64,000 nt of DNA from the human T2T-CHM13v2.0 reference genome, Homo sapiens: the NCBI RefSeq assembly GCF_009914755.1, contig NC_060933.1; one strand, 5' to 3'. This document shows positions 1 to 12,500 of this stretch, one piece after another (within the stretch, counting starts at the first letter, position 1; the number at the start of each line of letters is the position of its first letter). Position numbers and translations under genes: made by a program. The notes under the pieces are model-generated. The model ran no database searches and was not told where the DNA came from. It worked only from the letters and a program-made list of their open reading frames with translations.

Positions 1-1361
1 TTCAACTCCCTTACTCTCCATTACATTCCATTCCATTTGGGTTGTTCCATTCCATTCCATTCCATTCCACTCCATTCCATTGCACTCGGGTTGATTCCAT
101 TCCATTCCATTCCATTCCATTCCATTCCGGATGATTCCATTCCATTGCATTCCGTTCCATTACATTCCCCTGCACTCGCGTTGATTCCATTCCATTCCAT
201 TCCATTCCATTCAATTCCATTCCATTACAATTCCTTCCATTCCATTCTATTCCGTACCATTCCATTCCATTCCATACCATTCCATTCCATTCTATTCCAT
301 TCCATTCCATTCCATTCCGTTCCATTCCGTTCCATTCCATTCCATTCCATTCTATTCGGATTAATTCCATTCCATTCAATTCCATTCCATTCCATTCTAT
401 TCCATTCCATTGCAATCGATTTGAATCCATTGCATTTCATTCCATTCCATTCCATTCCATTCCATTCCGGAATTTTCCATTCCATTGCCTTCCATTCCAT
501 TCCATTCCCCTGCACTCGCGTTGATTCCATTCCATTGCATTCCATTCCATTCCGTTCCGTTCCATTCCATTCCATTCCATTCCGTTCCGTTCCATTCCAT
601 TCCATTCCATTCTATTCGGGTTAATTCCATTCCATTCCATTCGATTGCAATCGAGTTGATTCCATTCCATTCCATTCCATTCCATTCCATTCCATTCCAT
701 TCCATTCCTTTCCATTCCATTACGGATGATTCCATTCCATTGCATTCCATTCCATTCCATTCCCTTGTACTCGGGTTGATTCCATTCCATTCCATTCCAA
801 TCCATGCCATTCCACTCTTGTTGATTCCATTATTTCCATTCCATTCAAGTTGAATCCATTCCATTTCATTCCATTCAATTTGATTCCATTCGATTGCACT
901 CGGGTTGATTCCATTCCATTGCATTCCATTCCATTCCATTCCATTCCATTCCATTCCATTCGGATTGATTCTATTCAATTCCCTTACACTGCATTACATT
1001 CCAATCCATTCGGGTAGTTTCCATTCCATTCCATTCCATTCCTCTCCATTCCATTGCACTCGGGTTGATTCCATTCCATTGCATTCCATTCCATTCCATT
1101 CAATTCCATTCCGTTCCAATCAATTCCATTACATTCGGATTGATTCTATTCAACTCCCTTACTCTCCATTCCATTCCATTCCATTCGGGTTGTTCCATTC
1201 CATTCCATTCCATTCCACTCCATTCCATTGCACTCGGGTTGATTCCATTCCATTCCATTCCTTTCCATTCCATTCCATTCCATTCCATTCCAATCGAGTT
1301 GATTCCATTCCATTCCATTCCATTCCAGTCCTTTCCATTCCATTCCACTCGGGTTGATTCC

Positions 1362-1470
1362 ATTCTATTAGTTTCCATTCCATTCCATTCCCTTCCATTC
1401 CACTCTGGTTGATTCCATTCCTTTCCATTCCACTTGAATACATTCCCTCCTATTCCACTCGGAACGATTC
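1362..1470. repeat. Recurrent ~110-bp complex island (TATTAGTTTCC...CACTCTGGTTG...GAATACATTCCCTCCTATTCCACTCGGAACG), representative copy
   Basis: About 17 clear copies (near 1365, 1990, 4560, 5190, 7750, 8360, 11920, 14595, 23610, 28190, 31160, 37653, 43655, 46283, 55281, 57598, 62345) plus decayed copies near 33352 and 34290. Confidence 0.9.
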
Positions 1471-2849
1471 CATTCCATTCCATTCCATTCCATTCCATTT
1501 CGTTCCATTCCATTCTATTCCGTATCATTCCATTCCATTCCATTCCATTCCATTCCATTCCATTCCATTCCATTCCATTGTACTCGGGTTGATTCCATTC
1601 CATTGCATTCCATTCCATTCCATTCCATTCCATTCCATTCCATTCCATTCCATTCCATTCCGTTCCATTCCATTACATTCGGATTGATTCTTTGCAACTC
1701 CCTTACTCTCCATTACATTCTATTCCATTCGGATTGTTCCATTCCATTCCATTCCATTCCACTCCATTCCATTGCACTCGGGTTGATTCCATTCCATTCC
1801 ATTGCATTCCATTCCGGATGATTCCATTCCATTGCATTCCGTTCCATTACATTCCCCTGCACTCGGGTTGATTACATTCCATTCCATTCCATTCCATTCC
1901 ATTCCATTCCATTCCATTCCCTTGCATTCCATTCCATTCCTTTCCATTCCAGTCCTTTCCATTCCTTTCCACTCGGGTTGATTCCATTCTATTAGTTTCC
2001 ATTCCATTCCATTCCCTTCCATTCCACTCTGGTTGATTCCATTCCTTTCCATTCCACTCGAATACATTCCCTCCTATTCCACTCGGAACGATTCCATTCC
2101 ATTCCATTCCATTCCATTCCATTCCATTCCATTCCATTCCATTCCATTCCATTTCGTTCCATTCCATTCTATTCCGTATCATTCCATTCCATTCTATTCC
2201 ATTCCATTCCATTCCACTCGTGTTGATTTCATTCCTTTCCATTCCATTCGGTTTGAAGGCATTCCATTCCATTCCATTCCATTCCATTCCATTCCATTCC
2301 ATTCCATTCCACTCGGGTTGATTCCATTCCATTGCATTCCATTCCATTCCATTCCATTCCATTCCGTTGCATTCCATTCCATTACATTCGGATTGATTCT
2401 ATTCAACTCCCTTACTCTCCATTACATTCCCTTCCATTCGGGTTCTTCCATTCCATTCCATTCCGTTCCACTCCATTCCATTGCACTCGGATTGATTCCA
2501 TTCCATTCCATTCCATTCCATTCCATTCCGGATGATTCCATTCCATTGCATTCCGTTCCATTACATTCCCCTGCACTCGGGTTGATTCCATTCCATTCCA
2601 TTCCATTCCATTCGATTCCATTCCATTCCAATTCTTTCCATTCCATTCTATTCCTTACCGTTCCATTCCATTCCATACAATTCCATTCCATTCCATTCCA
2701 CTCCGTTCCGTTCCGTTCCGTTCCGTTCCATTCCATTCCATTCCATTCTCTTTGGTTTAATTCCATTCCATTCCATTCCATTCCATTCTATTCCATTCCA
2801 TTGCAATCGAGTGGAATCCATTGCATTCCATTCCATTCCATTCCATTCC

Positions 2850-2864
2850 ATTCCGGAAGATTCC
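2850..2864. promoter_or_regulatory. Consensus heat-shock element aTTCc-gGAAg-aTTCc (representative of ~35 copies); function not shown
   Basis: Exact match to the three-pentamer alternating nGAAn HSF consensus. HSF1 binding to SatIII in nuclear stress bodies is established, but occupancy of these particular sites is unknown. Confidence 0.55.
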
Positions 2865-3190
2865 ATTCCATTGTATTCCATTCCATTCCATTCCATTCCA
2901 TTCCATTCCATTCCATTCCACTTCGCTCCATTCCATTCTATTCCGTCTCATTCCATTCCATTCCATTCCATTCCATTCCATTCCATTCCATTCCACTCGT
3001 GTTGATTCCATTCCTTTCCATTCCATTCGGTTTGAAGGCATTCCATTCCATTCCATTCCATTCCATTCCATTCCATTCCATTCCATTGTACTCGGGTTGA
3101 TTCCATTCCATTGCATTCCATTCCATTCCATTCCATTCCATTCCATTCCATTCCGTTGCATTCCATTCCATTACGTTCGGATTGATTCTA

Positions 3191-6100
3191 TTCAACTCCC
3201 TTACTCTCCATTACATTCCATTCCATTTGGGTTGTTCCATTCCATTCCATTCCATTCCACTCCATTCCATTGCACTCGGGTTGATTCCATTCCATTCCAT
3301 TCCATTCCATTCCATTCCGGATGATTCCATTCCATTGCATTCCGTTCCATTACATTCCCCTGCACTCACGTTGATTCCATTCCATTCCATTCCATTCCAT
3401 TCAATTCCATTCCATTACAATTCCTTCCATTCCATTCTATTCCGTACCATTCCATTCCATTCCATACCATTCCATTCCATTCTATTCCATTCCATTCCAT
3501 TCCATTCCGTTCCATTCCGTTCCATTCCATTCCATTCCATTCTATTCGGATTAATTCCATTCCATTCAATTCCATTCCATTCCATTCTATTCCATTCCAT
3601 TGCAATCGAGTTGAATCCATTGCATTTCATTCCATTCCATTCCATTCCATTCCATTCCGGAATTTTCCATTCCATTGCCTTCCATTCCATTCCATTCCCC
3701 TGCACTCGCGTTGATTCCATTCCATTGCATTCCATTCCATTCCGTTCCGTTCCATTCCATTCCATTCCATTCCGTTCCGTTCCATTCCATTCCATTCCAT
3801 TCTATTCGGGTTAATTCCATTCCATTCCATTCGATTGCAATCGAGTTGATTCCATTCCATTCCATTCCATTCCATTCCATTCCATTCCATTCCATTCCAT
3901 TCCTTTCCATTCCATTACGGATGATTCCATTCCATTGCATTCCATTCCATTCCATTCCCTTGTACTCGGGTTGATTCCATTCCATTCCATTCCAATCCAT
4001 GCCATTCCACTCTTGTTGATTCCATTATTTCCATTCCATTCAAGTTGAATCCATTCCATTTCATTCCATTCAATTTGATTCCATTCGATTGCACTCGGGT
4101 TGATTCCATTCCATTGCATTCCATTCCATTCCATTCCATTCCATTCCATTCCATTCGGATTGATTCTATTCAATTCCCTTACACTGCATTACATTCCAAT
4201 CCATTCGGGTAGTTTCCATTCCATTCCATTCCATTCCTCTCCATTCCATTGCACTCGGGTTGATTCCATTCCATTGCATTCCATTCCATTCCATTCAATT
4301 CCATTCCGTTCCAATCAATTCCATTACATTCGGATTGATTCTATTCAACTCCCTTACTCTCCATTCCATTCCATTCCATTCGGGTTGTTCCATTCCATTC
4401 CATTCCATTCCACTCCATTCCATTGCACTCGGGTTGATTCCATTCCATTCCATTCCTTTCCATTCCATTCCATTCCATTCCATTCCAATCGAGTTGATTC
4501 CATTCCATTCCATTCCATTCCAGTCCTTTCCATTCCATTCCACTCGGGTTGATTCCATTCTATTAGTTTCCATTCCATTCCATTCCCTTCCATTCCACTC
4601 TGGTTGATTCCATTCCTTTCCATTCCACTTGAATACATTCCCTCCTATTCCACTCGGAACGATTCCATTCCATTCCATTCCATTCCATTCCATTTCGTTC
4701 CATTCCATTCTATTCCGTATCATTCCATTCCATTCCATTCCATTCCATTCCATTCCATTCCATTCCATTCCATTCCATTGTACTCGGGTTGATTCCATTC
4801 CATTGCATTCCTTTCCATTCCATTCCATTCCATTCCATTCCATTCCATTCCATTCCATTCCGTTCCATTCCATTACATTCGGATTGATTCTTTGCAACTC
4901 CCTTACTCTCCATTACATTCTATTCCATTCGGATTGTTCCATTCCATTCCATTCCATTCCACTCCATTCCATTGCACTCGGGTTGATTCCATTCCATTCC
5001 ATTGCATTCCATTCCGGATGATTCCATTCCATTGCATTCCGTTCCATTACATTCCCCTGCACTCGGGTTGATTACATTCCATTCCATTCCATTCCATTCC
5101 ATTCCATTCCATTCCATTCCCTTGCATTCCATTCCATTCCTTTCCATTCCAGTCCTTTCCATTCCTTTCCACTCGGGTTGATTCCATTCTATTAGTTTCC
5201 ATTCCATTCCATTCCCTTCCATTCCACTCTGGTTGATTCCATTCCTTTCCATTCCACTCGAATACATTCCCTCCTATTCCACTCGGAACGATTCCATTCC
5301 ATTCCATTCCATTCCATTCCATTCCATTCCATTCCATTCCATTCCATTTCGTTCCATTCCATTCTATTCCGTATCATTCCATTCCAATTTTATTCCATTC
5401 CATTCCATTCCACTCGTGTTGATTTCATTCCTTTCCATTCCATTCGGTTTGAAGGCATTCCATTCCATTCCATTCCATTCCATTCCATTCCATTCCATTC
5501 CATTCCATTCCATTCTACTCGGGTTGATTCCATTCCATTGCATTCCATTCCATTCCATTCCATTCCATTCCGTTGCATTCCATTCCATTACATTCGGATT
5601 GATTCTATTCAACTCCCTTACTCTCCATTACATTCCCTTCCATTCGGGTTCTTCCATTCCATTCCATTCCGTTCCACTCCATTCCATTGCACTCGGATTG
5701 ATTCCATTCCATTCCATTCCATTCCATTCCATTCCGGATGATTCCATTCCATTGCATTCCGTTCCATTACATTCCCCTGCACTCGGGTTGATTCCATTCC
5801 ATTCCATTCCATTCCATTCGATTCCATTCCATTCCAATTCTTTCCATTCCATTCTATTCCTTACCGTTCCATTCCATTCCATACAATTCCATTCCATTCC
5901 ATTCCACTCCGTTCCGTTCCGTTCCGTTCCGTTCCATTCCATTCCATTCCATTCTCTTTGGTTTAATTCCATTCCATTCCATTCCATTCCATTCTATTCC
6001 ATTCCATTGCAATCGAGTGGAATCCATTGCATTCCATTCCATTCCATTCCATTCCATTCCGGAAGATTCCATTCCATTGTATTCCATTCCATTCCATTCC

Positions 6101-6401
6101 ATTCCATTCCATTCCATTCCATTCCATTTCGCTCCATTCCATTCTATTCCGTCTCATTCCATTCCATTCCATTCCATTCCATTCCATTCCATTCCATTCC
6201 ATTCCACTCGTGTTGATTCCATTCCTTTCCATTCCATTCGGTTTGAAGGCATTCCATTCCATTCCATTCCATTCCATTCCATTCCATTCCATTCCATTGT
6301 ACTCGGGTTGATTCCATTCCATTGCATTCCATTCCATTCCATTCCATTCCATTCCATTCCATTCCGTTGCATTCCATTCCATTACGTTCGGATTGATTCT
6401 A
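3191..6401. repeat. ~3.2-kb HOR, copy 2 (3211 bp)
   Basis: Same ordered variants as copy 1; the length differs by a net 4 pentamers plus a 1-bp insertion near 5386. Confidence 0.95.
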
Positions 6402-9400
6402 TTCAACTCCCTTACTCTCCATTACATTCCATTCCATTTGGGTTGTTCCATTCCATTCCATTCCATTCCACTCCATTCCATTGCACTCGGGTTGATTCCA
6501 TTCCATTCCATTCCATTCCATTCCATTCCGGATGATTCCATTCCATTGCATTCCGTTCCATTACATTCCCCTGCACTCACGTTGATTCCATTCCATTCCA
6601 TTCCATTCCATTCAATTCCATTCCATTACAATTCCTTCCATTCCATTCTATTCCGTACCATTCCATTCCATTCCATACCATTCCATTCCATTCTATTCCA
6701 TTCCATTCCATTCCATTCCGTTCCATTCCGTTCCATTCCATTCCATTCCATTCTATTCGGATTAATTCCATTCCATTCAATTCCATTCCATTCCATTCTA
6801 TTCCATTCCATTGCAATCGAGTTGAATCCATTGCATTTCATTCCATTCCATTCCATTCCATTCCATTCCGGAATTTTCCATTCCATTGCCTTCCATTCCA
6901 TTCCATTCCCCTGCACTCGCGTTGATTCCATTCCATTGCATTCCATTCCATTCCGTTCCGTTCCATTCCATTCCATTCCATTCCGTTCCGTTCCATTCCA
7001 TTCCATTCCATTCTATTCGGGTTAATTCCATTCCATTCCATTCGATTGCAATCGAGTTGATTCCATTCCATTCCATTCCATTCCATTCCATTCCATTCCA
7101 TTCCATTCCTTTCCATTCCATTACGGATGATTCCATTCCATTGCATTCCATTCCATTCCATTCCCTTGTACTCGGGTTGATTCCATTCCATTCCATTCCA
7201 ATCCATGCCATTCCACTCTTGTTGATTCCATTATTTCCATTCCATTCAAGTTGAATCCATTCCATTTCATTCCATTCAATTTGATTCCATTCGATTGCAC
7301 TCGGGTTGATTCCATTCCATTGCATTCCATTCCATTCCATTCCATTCCATTCCATTCCATTCGGATTGATTCTATTCAATTCCCTTACACTGCATTACAT
7401 TCCAATCCATTCGGGTAGTTTCCATTCCATTCCATTCCATTCCTCTCCATTCCATTGCACTCGGGTTGATTCCATTCCATTGCATTCCATTCCATTCCAT
7501 TCAATTCCATTCCGTTCCAATCAATTCCATTACATTCGGATTGATTCTATTCAACTCCCTTACTCTCCATTCCATTCCATTCCATTCGGGTTGTTCCATT
7601 CCATTCCATTCCATTCCACTCCATTCCATTGCACTCGGGTTGATTCCATTCCATTCCATTCCATTCCATTCCATTCCAATCGAGTTGATTCCATTCCATT
7701 CCATTCCATTCCAGTCCTTTCCATTCCATTCCACTCGGGTTGATTCCATTCTATTAGTTTCCATTCCATTCCATTCCCTTCCATTCCACTCTGGTTGATT
7801 CCATTCCTTTCCACTCCACTTGAATACATTCCCTCCTATTCCACTCGGAACGATTCCATTCCATTCCATTCCATTCCATTCCATTCCATTTCGTTCCATT
7901 CCATTCTATTCCGTATCATTCCATTCCATTCCATTCCATTCCATTCCATTCCATTCCATTCCATTGTACTCGGGTTGATTCCATTCCATTGCATTCCATT
8001 CCATTCCATTCCATTCCATTCCATTCCATTCCATTCCATTCCGTTCCATTCCATTACATTCGGATTGATTCTTTGCAACTCCCTTACTCTCCATTACATT
8101 CCATTCCATTCGGATTGTTCCATTCCATTCCATTCCATTCCACTCCATTCTATTGCACTCGGGTTGATTCCATTCCATTCCATTGCATTCCATTCCGGAT
8201 GATTCCATTCCATTGCATTCCGTTCCATTACATTCCCCTGCACTCGGGTTGATTACATTCCATTCCATTCCATTCCATTCCATTCCATTCCCTTCCATTC
8301 CATTCCATTCCTTTCCATTCCAGTCCTTTCCATTCCATTCCACTCGGGTTGATTCCATTCTATTAGTTTCCATTCCATTCCATTCCCTTCCATTCCACTC
8401 TGGTTGATTCCATTCCTTTCCATTCCACTCGAATACATTCCCTCCTATTCCACTCGGAACGATTCCATTCCATTCCATTCCATTCCATTCCATTCCATTC
8501 CATTCCATTCCATTCCATTTCGTTCCATTCCATTCTATTCCGTATCATTCCATTCCATTCTATTCCATTCCATTCCATTCCACTCGTGTTGATTTCATTC
8601 CTTTCCATTCCATTCGGCTTGAAGGCATTCCATTCCATTCCATTCCATTCCATTCCATTCCATTCCATTCCATTCCATTCTACTCGGGTTGATTCCATTC
8701 CATTGCATTCCATTCCATTCCATTCCATTCCATTCCGTTGCATTCCATTCCATTACATTCGGATTGATTCTATTCAACTCCCTTACTCTCCATTACATTC
8801 CCTTCCATTCGGGTTCTTCCATTCCATTCCATTCCGTTCCACTCCATTCCATTGCACTCGGATTGATTCCATTCCATTCCATTCCATTCCATTCCATTCC
8901 GGATGATTCCATTCCATTGCATTCCGTTCCATTACATTCCCCTGCACTCGGGTTGATTCCATTCCATTCCATTCCATTCCATTCCATTCCATTCCATTCC
9001 ATTCCAATTCTTTCCATTCCATTCTATTCGTTACCGTTCAATTCCATTCCATACAATTCCATTCCATTCCATTCCACTCCGTTCCGTTCCGTTCCGTTCC
9101 GTTCCATTCCATTCCATTCCATTCTCTTTGGTTTAATTCCATTCCATTCCATTCCATTCCATTCTATTCCATTCCATTGCAATCGAGTGGAATCCATTGC
9201 ATTCCATTCCATTCCATTCCATTCCATTCCGGAAGTTTCCATTCCATTGTATTCCATTCCATTCCATTCCATTCCATTCCATTCCATTCCATTCCATTTC
9301 GCTCCATTCCATTCTATTCCGTCTCATTCCATTCCATTCCATTCCATTCCATTCCATTCCATTCCACTCGTGTTGATTCCATTCCTTTCCATTCCATTCG

Positions 9401-9551
9401 GTTTGAAGGCATTCCATTCCATTCCATTCCATTCCATTCCATTCCATTGTACTCGGGTTGATTCCATTCCATTGCATTCCATTCCATTCCATTCCATTCC
9501 ATTCCATTCCATTCCGTTGCATTCCATTCCATTACATTCGGATTGATTCTA
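6402..9551. repeat. ~3.2-kb HOR, copy 3 (3150 bp, slightly more diverged)
   Basis: Same ordered variants; net 8 pentamers shorter than copy 1; extra substitutions (e.g. CGGCTTGAAGG ~8615, CGTTACCG ~9029, GGAAGTTT ~9231). Confidence 0.93.
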
Positions 9552-12500
9552 TTCAACTCCCTTACTCTCCATTACATTCCATTCCATTTGGGTTGTTCCA
9601 TTCCATTCCATTCCATTCCACTCCATTCGATTGCACTCGGGTTGATTCCATTCCATTCCATTCCATTCCATTCCATTCCGGATGATTCCATTCCATTGCA
9701 TTCCGTTCCATTACATTCCCCTGCACTCGCGTTGATTCCATTCCATTCCATTCCATTCCATTCAATTCCATTCCATTACAATTCCTTCCATTCCATTCTA
9801 TTCCGTACCATTCCATTCCATTCCATACCATTCCATTCCATTCCATTCCTTTCCATTCCGTTCCATTCCATTCCATTCCATTCTATTCCGGTTAATTCCA
9901 TTCCATTCCATTCCATTCCATTCCATTCTATTCCATTCCATTGCAATCGAGTTGAATCAATTGCATTTCATTCCATTCCATTCCATTCCATTCCATTCCG
10001 GAAGATTCCATTCCATTGCATTCCATTCCATTCCATTCCCCTGCACTCGCGTTGATTCCATTCCATTCCATTCCATTCCATCCATTCCGTTCCGTTACGT
10101 TCCATTCCATTCCATTCCATTCCATTCCATTCCGTTCCGTTCCATTCCATTCCATTCCATTCTATTCGGGTTAATTCCATTCCATTCCATTCGATTGCAA
10201 TCGAGTTGATTCCATTCCATTCCATTCCATTCCATTCCATTCCATTCCATTCCATTCCTTTTCATTCCATTACGGATGATTCCATTCCATTGCACTCCAT
10301 TCCATTCCATTCCCCTGTACTCGGGTTGATTCCATTCCATTCCATTCCAATCCATGTCATTCCACTCGTGTTGATTCCATTCTTTCCATTCCATTCAAGT
10401 TGAATCCATTCCATTGCATTCCATTCCATTCGATTCCATTCGATTGCACTCGGGTTGATTCCATTCCATTGCATTCCATTCCATTCCATTCCATTGCATT
10501 CCATTCCATTCCATTCCGTTCCATTCCATTCCATTACATTCGGATTGATTCTATTCAATTCCCTTACACTCCATTACATTCCATTCCATTCGGGTAGTTT
10601 CCATTCCATTCCATTCCATTCCTCTCCATTCCATTGCACTCGGATTTATTCCATTCCATTGCATTCCATTCCATTCCATTCAATTCCATTCCGTTCCATT
10701 CCATTCCATTACATTCGGATTGATTCTATTCAACTCCCTTACTCTCCATTACATTCCATTCCATTCGGGTTGTTCCATTCCATTCCATTCCATTCCACTC
10801 CATTCCATTTGACTCGGGTTTATTCCATTCCATTCCATTCCATTCCATTCCATTCCATTCCGGAAGATTCCATTCCATTGCATTCCATTCCATTCCATTC
10901 CCCTGCACTCGCGTTGATTCCATTCCATTCCATTCCATTCCATTCCTTTCCTTTCCATTCCATTCCATTCCATTCCATTCCAACCCATTCCATTCCGTTC
11001 CGTTCCGTTCCATTCCATTCCATTCCATTCTATTCGGGTAAATTCCATTCCATTCCATTCGATTGCAATCGAGTTGATTCCATTCCATTATATTCCATTC
11101 CATTCCATTCTATTCGGGTAAATTCCATTCCATTCCATTCGATTGCAATCGAGTTGATTCCATTCCATTCTATTCCATTCCATTCCATTCCTTTCCATTC
11201 CATTACGGATGATTCCATTCCATTCCATTCCATTCCATTCCATTCCCCTGTATTCGGGTTGATTCCATTCCATTCCATTCCAATCCATGCCATTCCACTC
11301 GTGTTGATTCCATTCTTTCCATTCCATTCAAGTTGAATCCATTCCATTGCATTCCATTCCATTCCATTACCCTGCAGTCGGGTTGATTCCATTCCATTCC
11401 ATTCCATTCCATTCCATTCCATTCCATTCCATTCCGTTCCGTTCCATTCCATTCCATTCCCTTCCATTCGGGTTAATTCCATTCCATTCCATTCCATTCC
11501 ATTCCAATCGAGTTGATTCCATTCCATTGCATTCCATTCCATTCCACTCCATTCCAGTCCTTTCCATTCCATTCCACTCGGGTTGATTCCAGTGTATTCC
11601 TTTCCATTCCATTCCATTCCATTGCAATCGAGTTGATTCCATTGCTTTGCGTTCCATTCCATTCCATTCCATTCCGGATGATTCCATTCCATTGCATTCC
11701 ATTCCATTCCATTCCCCTGCACTCGGGTTGATTCCATTCCATTCCACTCCATTCCGTTCCATTCCATTCCATTCCATTGTATTCCGGTTAATTCCATTCC
11801 ATTCCATTCCATTCCATTCCATTCCATTCCATTCCATTCCATTACAATCGAGTTGATTTCATTCCATTCCATTCCATTCCAGTCCTATCCATTCCATTCC
11901 ACTCGGGTTGATTCCATTCTATTAGTTTCCATTCCATTCCATTCCCTTCCATTCCACTCTAGTTGATACCATTCCTTTCCATTCCACTCGAATACATTCC
12001 CTCCTATTCCACTCGGAACGATTCCATTCCATTCCATTCCATTCCATTCCATTCCATTTCGTTCCATTCCATTCTATTCCGTATCATTCCATTCCATTCC
12101 ATTCCATTCCATTCCATTCCATTCCATTGTACTCGGGTTGATTCAATTCCATTGCGTTCCATTCCATTCCATTCCGTTGCATTCCATTCCATTACATTCG
12201 GATGGATTCTATTCAACTCCCTTACTCTCCATTACATTCCACTCCATTCGGGTTTTTCCATTCCATTCCATTCCATTCCACTCCATTCCATTGCACTCGG
12301 GTTGATTCCATTCCATTCCATTCCATTCCATTCCATTCCATTACATTCCGGATGATTCCATTCCATTGCATTCCGTTCCATTACATTCCCCTGCACTCGC
12401 GTTGATTCCATTCCATTCCATTCCATTCCATTCCATTCAATTCCATTCCATTACAATTCGTTCCATTCCATTCTATTCAGTACCATTCCATTCCATTCCA

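Larger units (their letters stand above)
1..3190. repeat. ~3.2-kb higher-order repeat (HOR), copy 1 (3190 bp)
   Basis: The anchor TTCAACTCCCTTACTCTCCATTACATTCCATTCCATTTGGG occurs at 1, 3191, 6402 and 9552. Private variants (CCGGAATTTTCC, CACTCTTGTTG, ATTATTTCC, TTTGCAACTC, CTCTTTGGTTTAA, GAGTGGAATCC, CCGTCTC) recur once per unit. ORF patterns also repeat with this period. Confidence 0.95.

Noticed and set aside
961-985. GGATTGA-TTCTAT-TCAATTCC stem-loop as terminator or structured RNA
   Set aside because: The stem is only 5 perfect, AT-rich pairs and is weakened in the common C-type allele, with no compensatory changes seen.
1362-1470. Complex island as a transposon remnant or foreign insertion
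   Set aside because: It stays in the 5-bp register and parses as mutated ATTCC units; no target-site duplication, poly-A or terminal repeats.
1-9551. Assignment to a named chromosome-specific subfamily (e.g. DYZ1 ~3.6 kb, D15Z1 ~1.8 kb)
   Set aside because: The observed periods (~3.2 and ~2.7 kb) do not match those, and subfamily assignment needs a k-mer comparison I cannot run.
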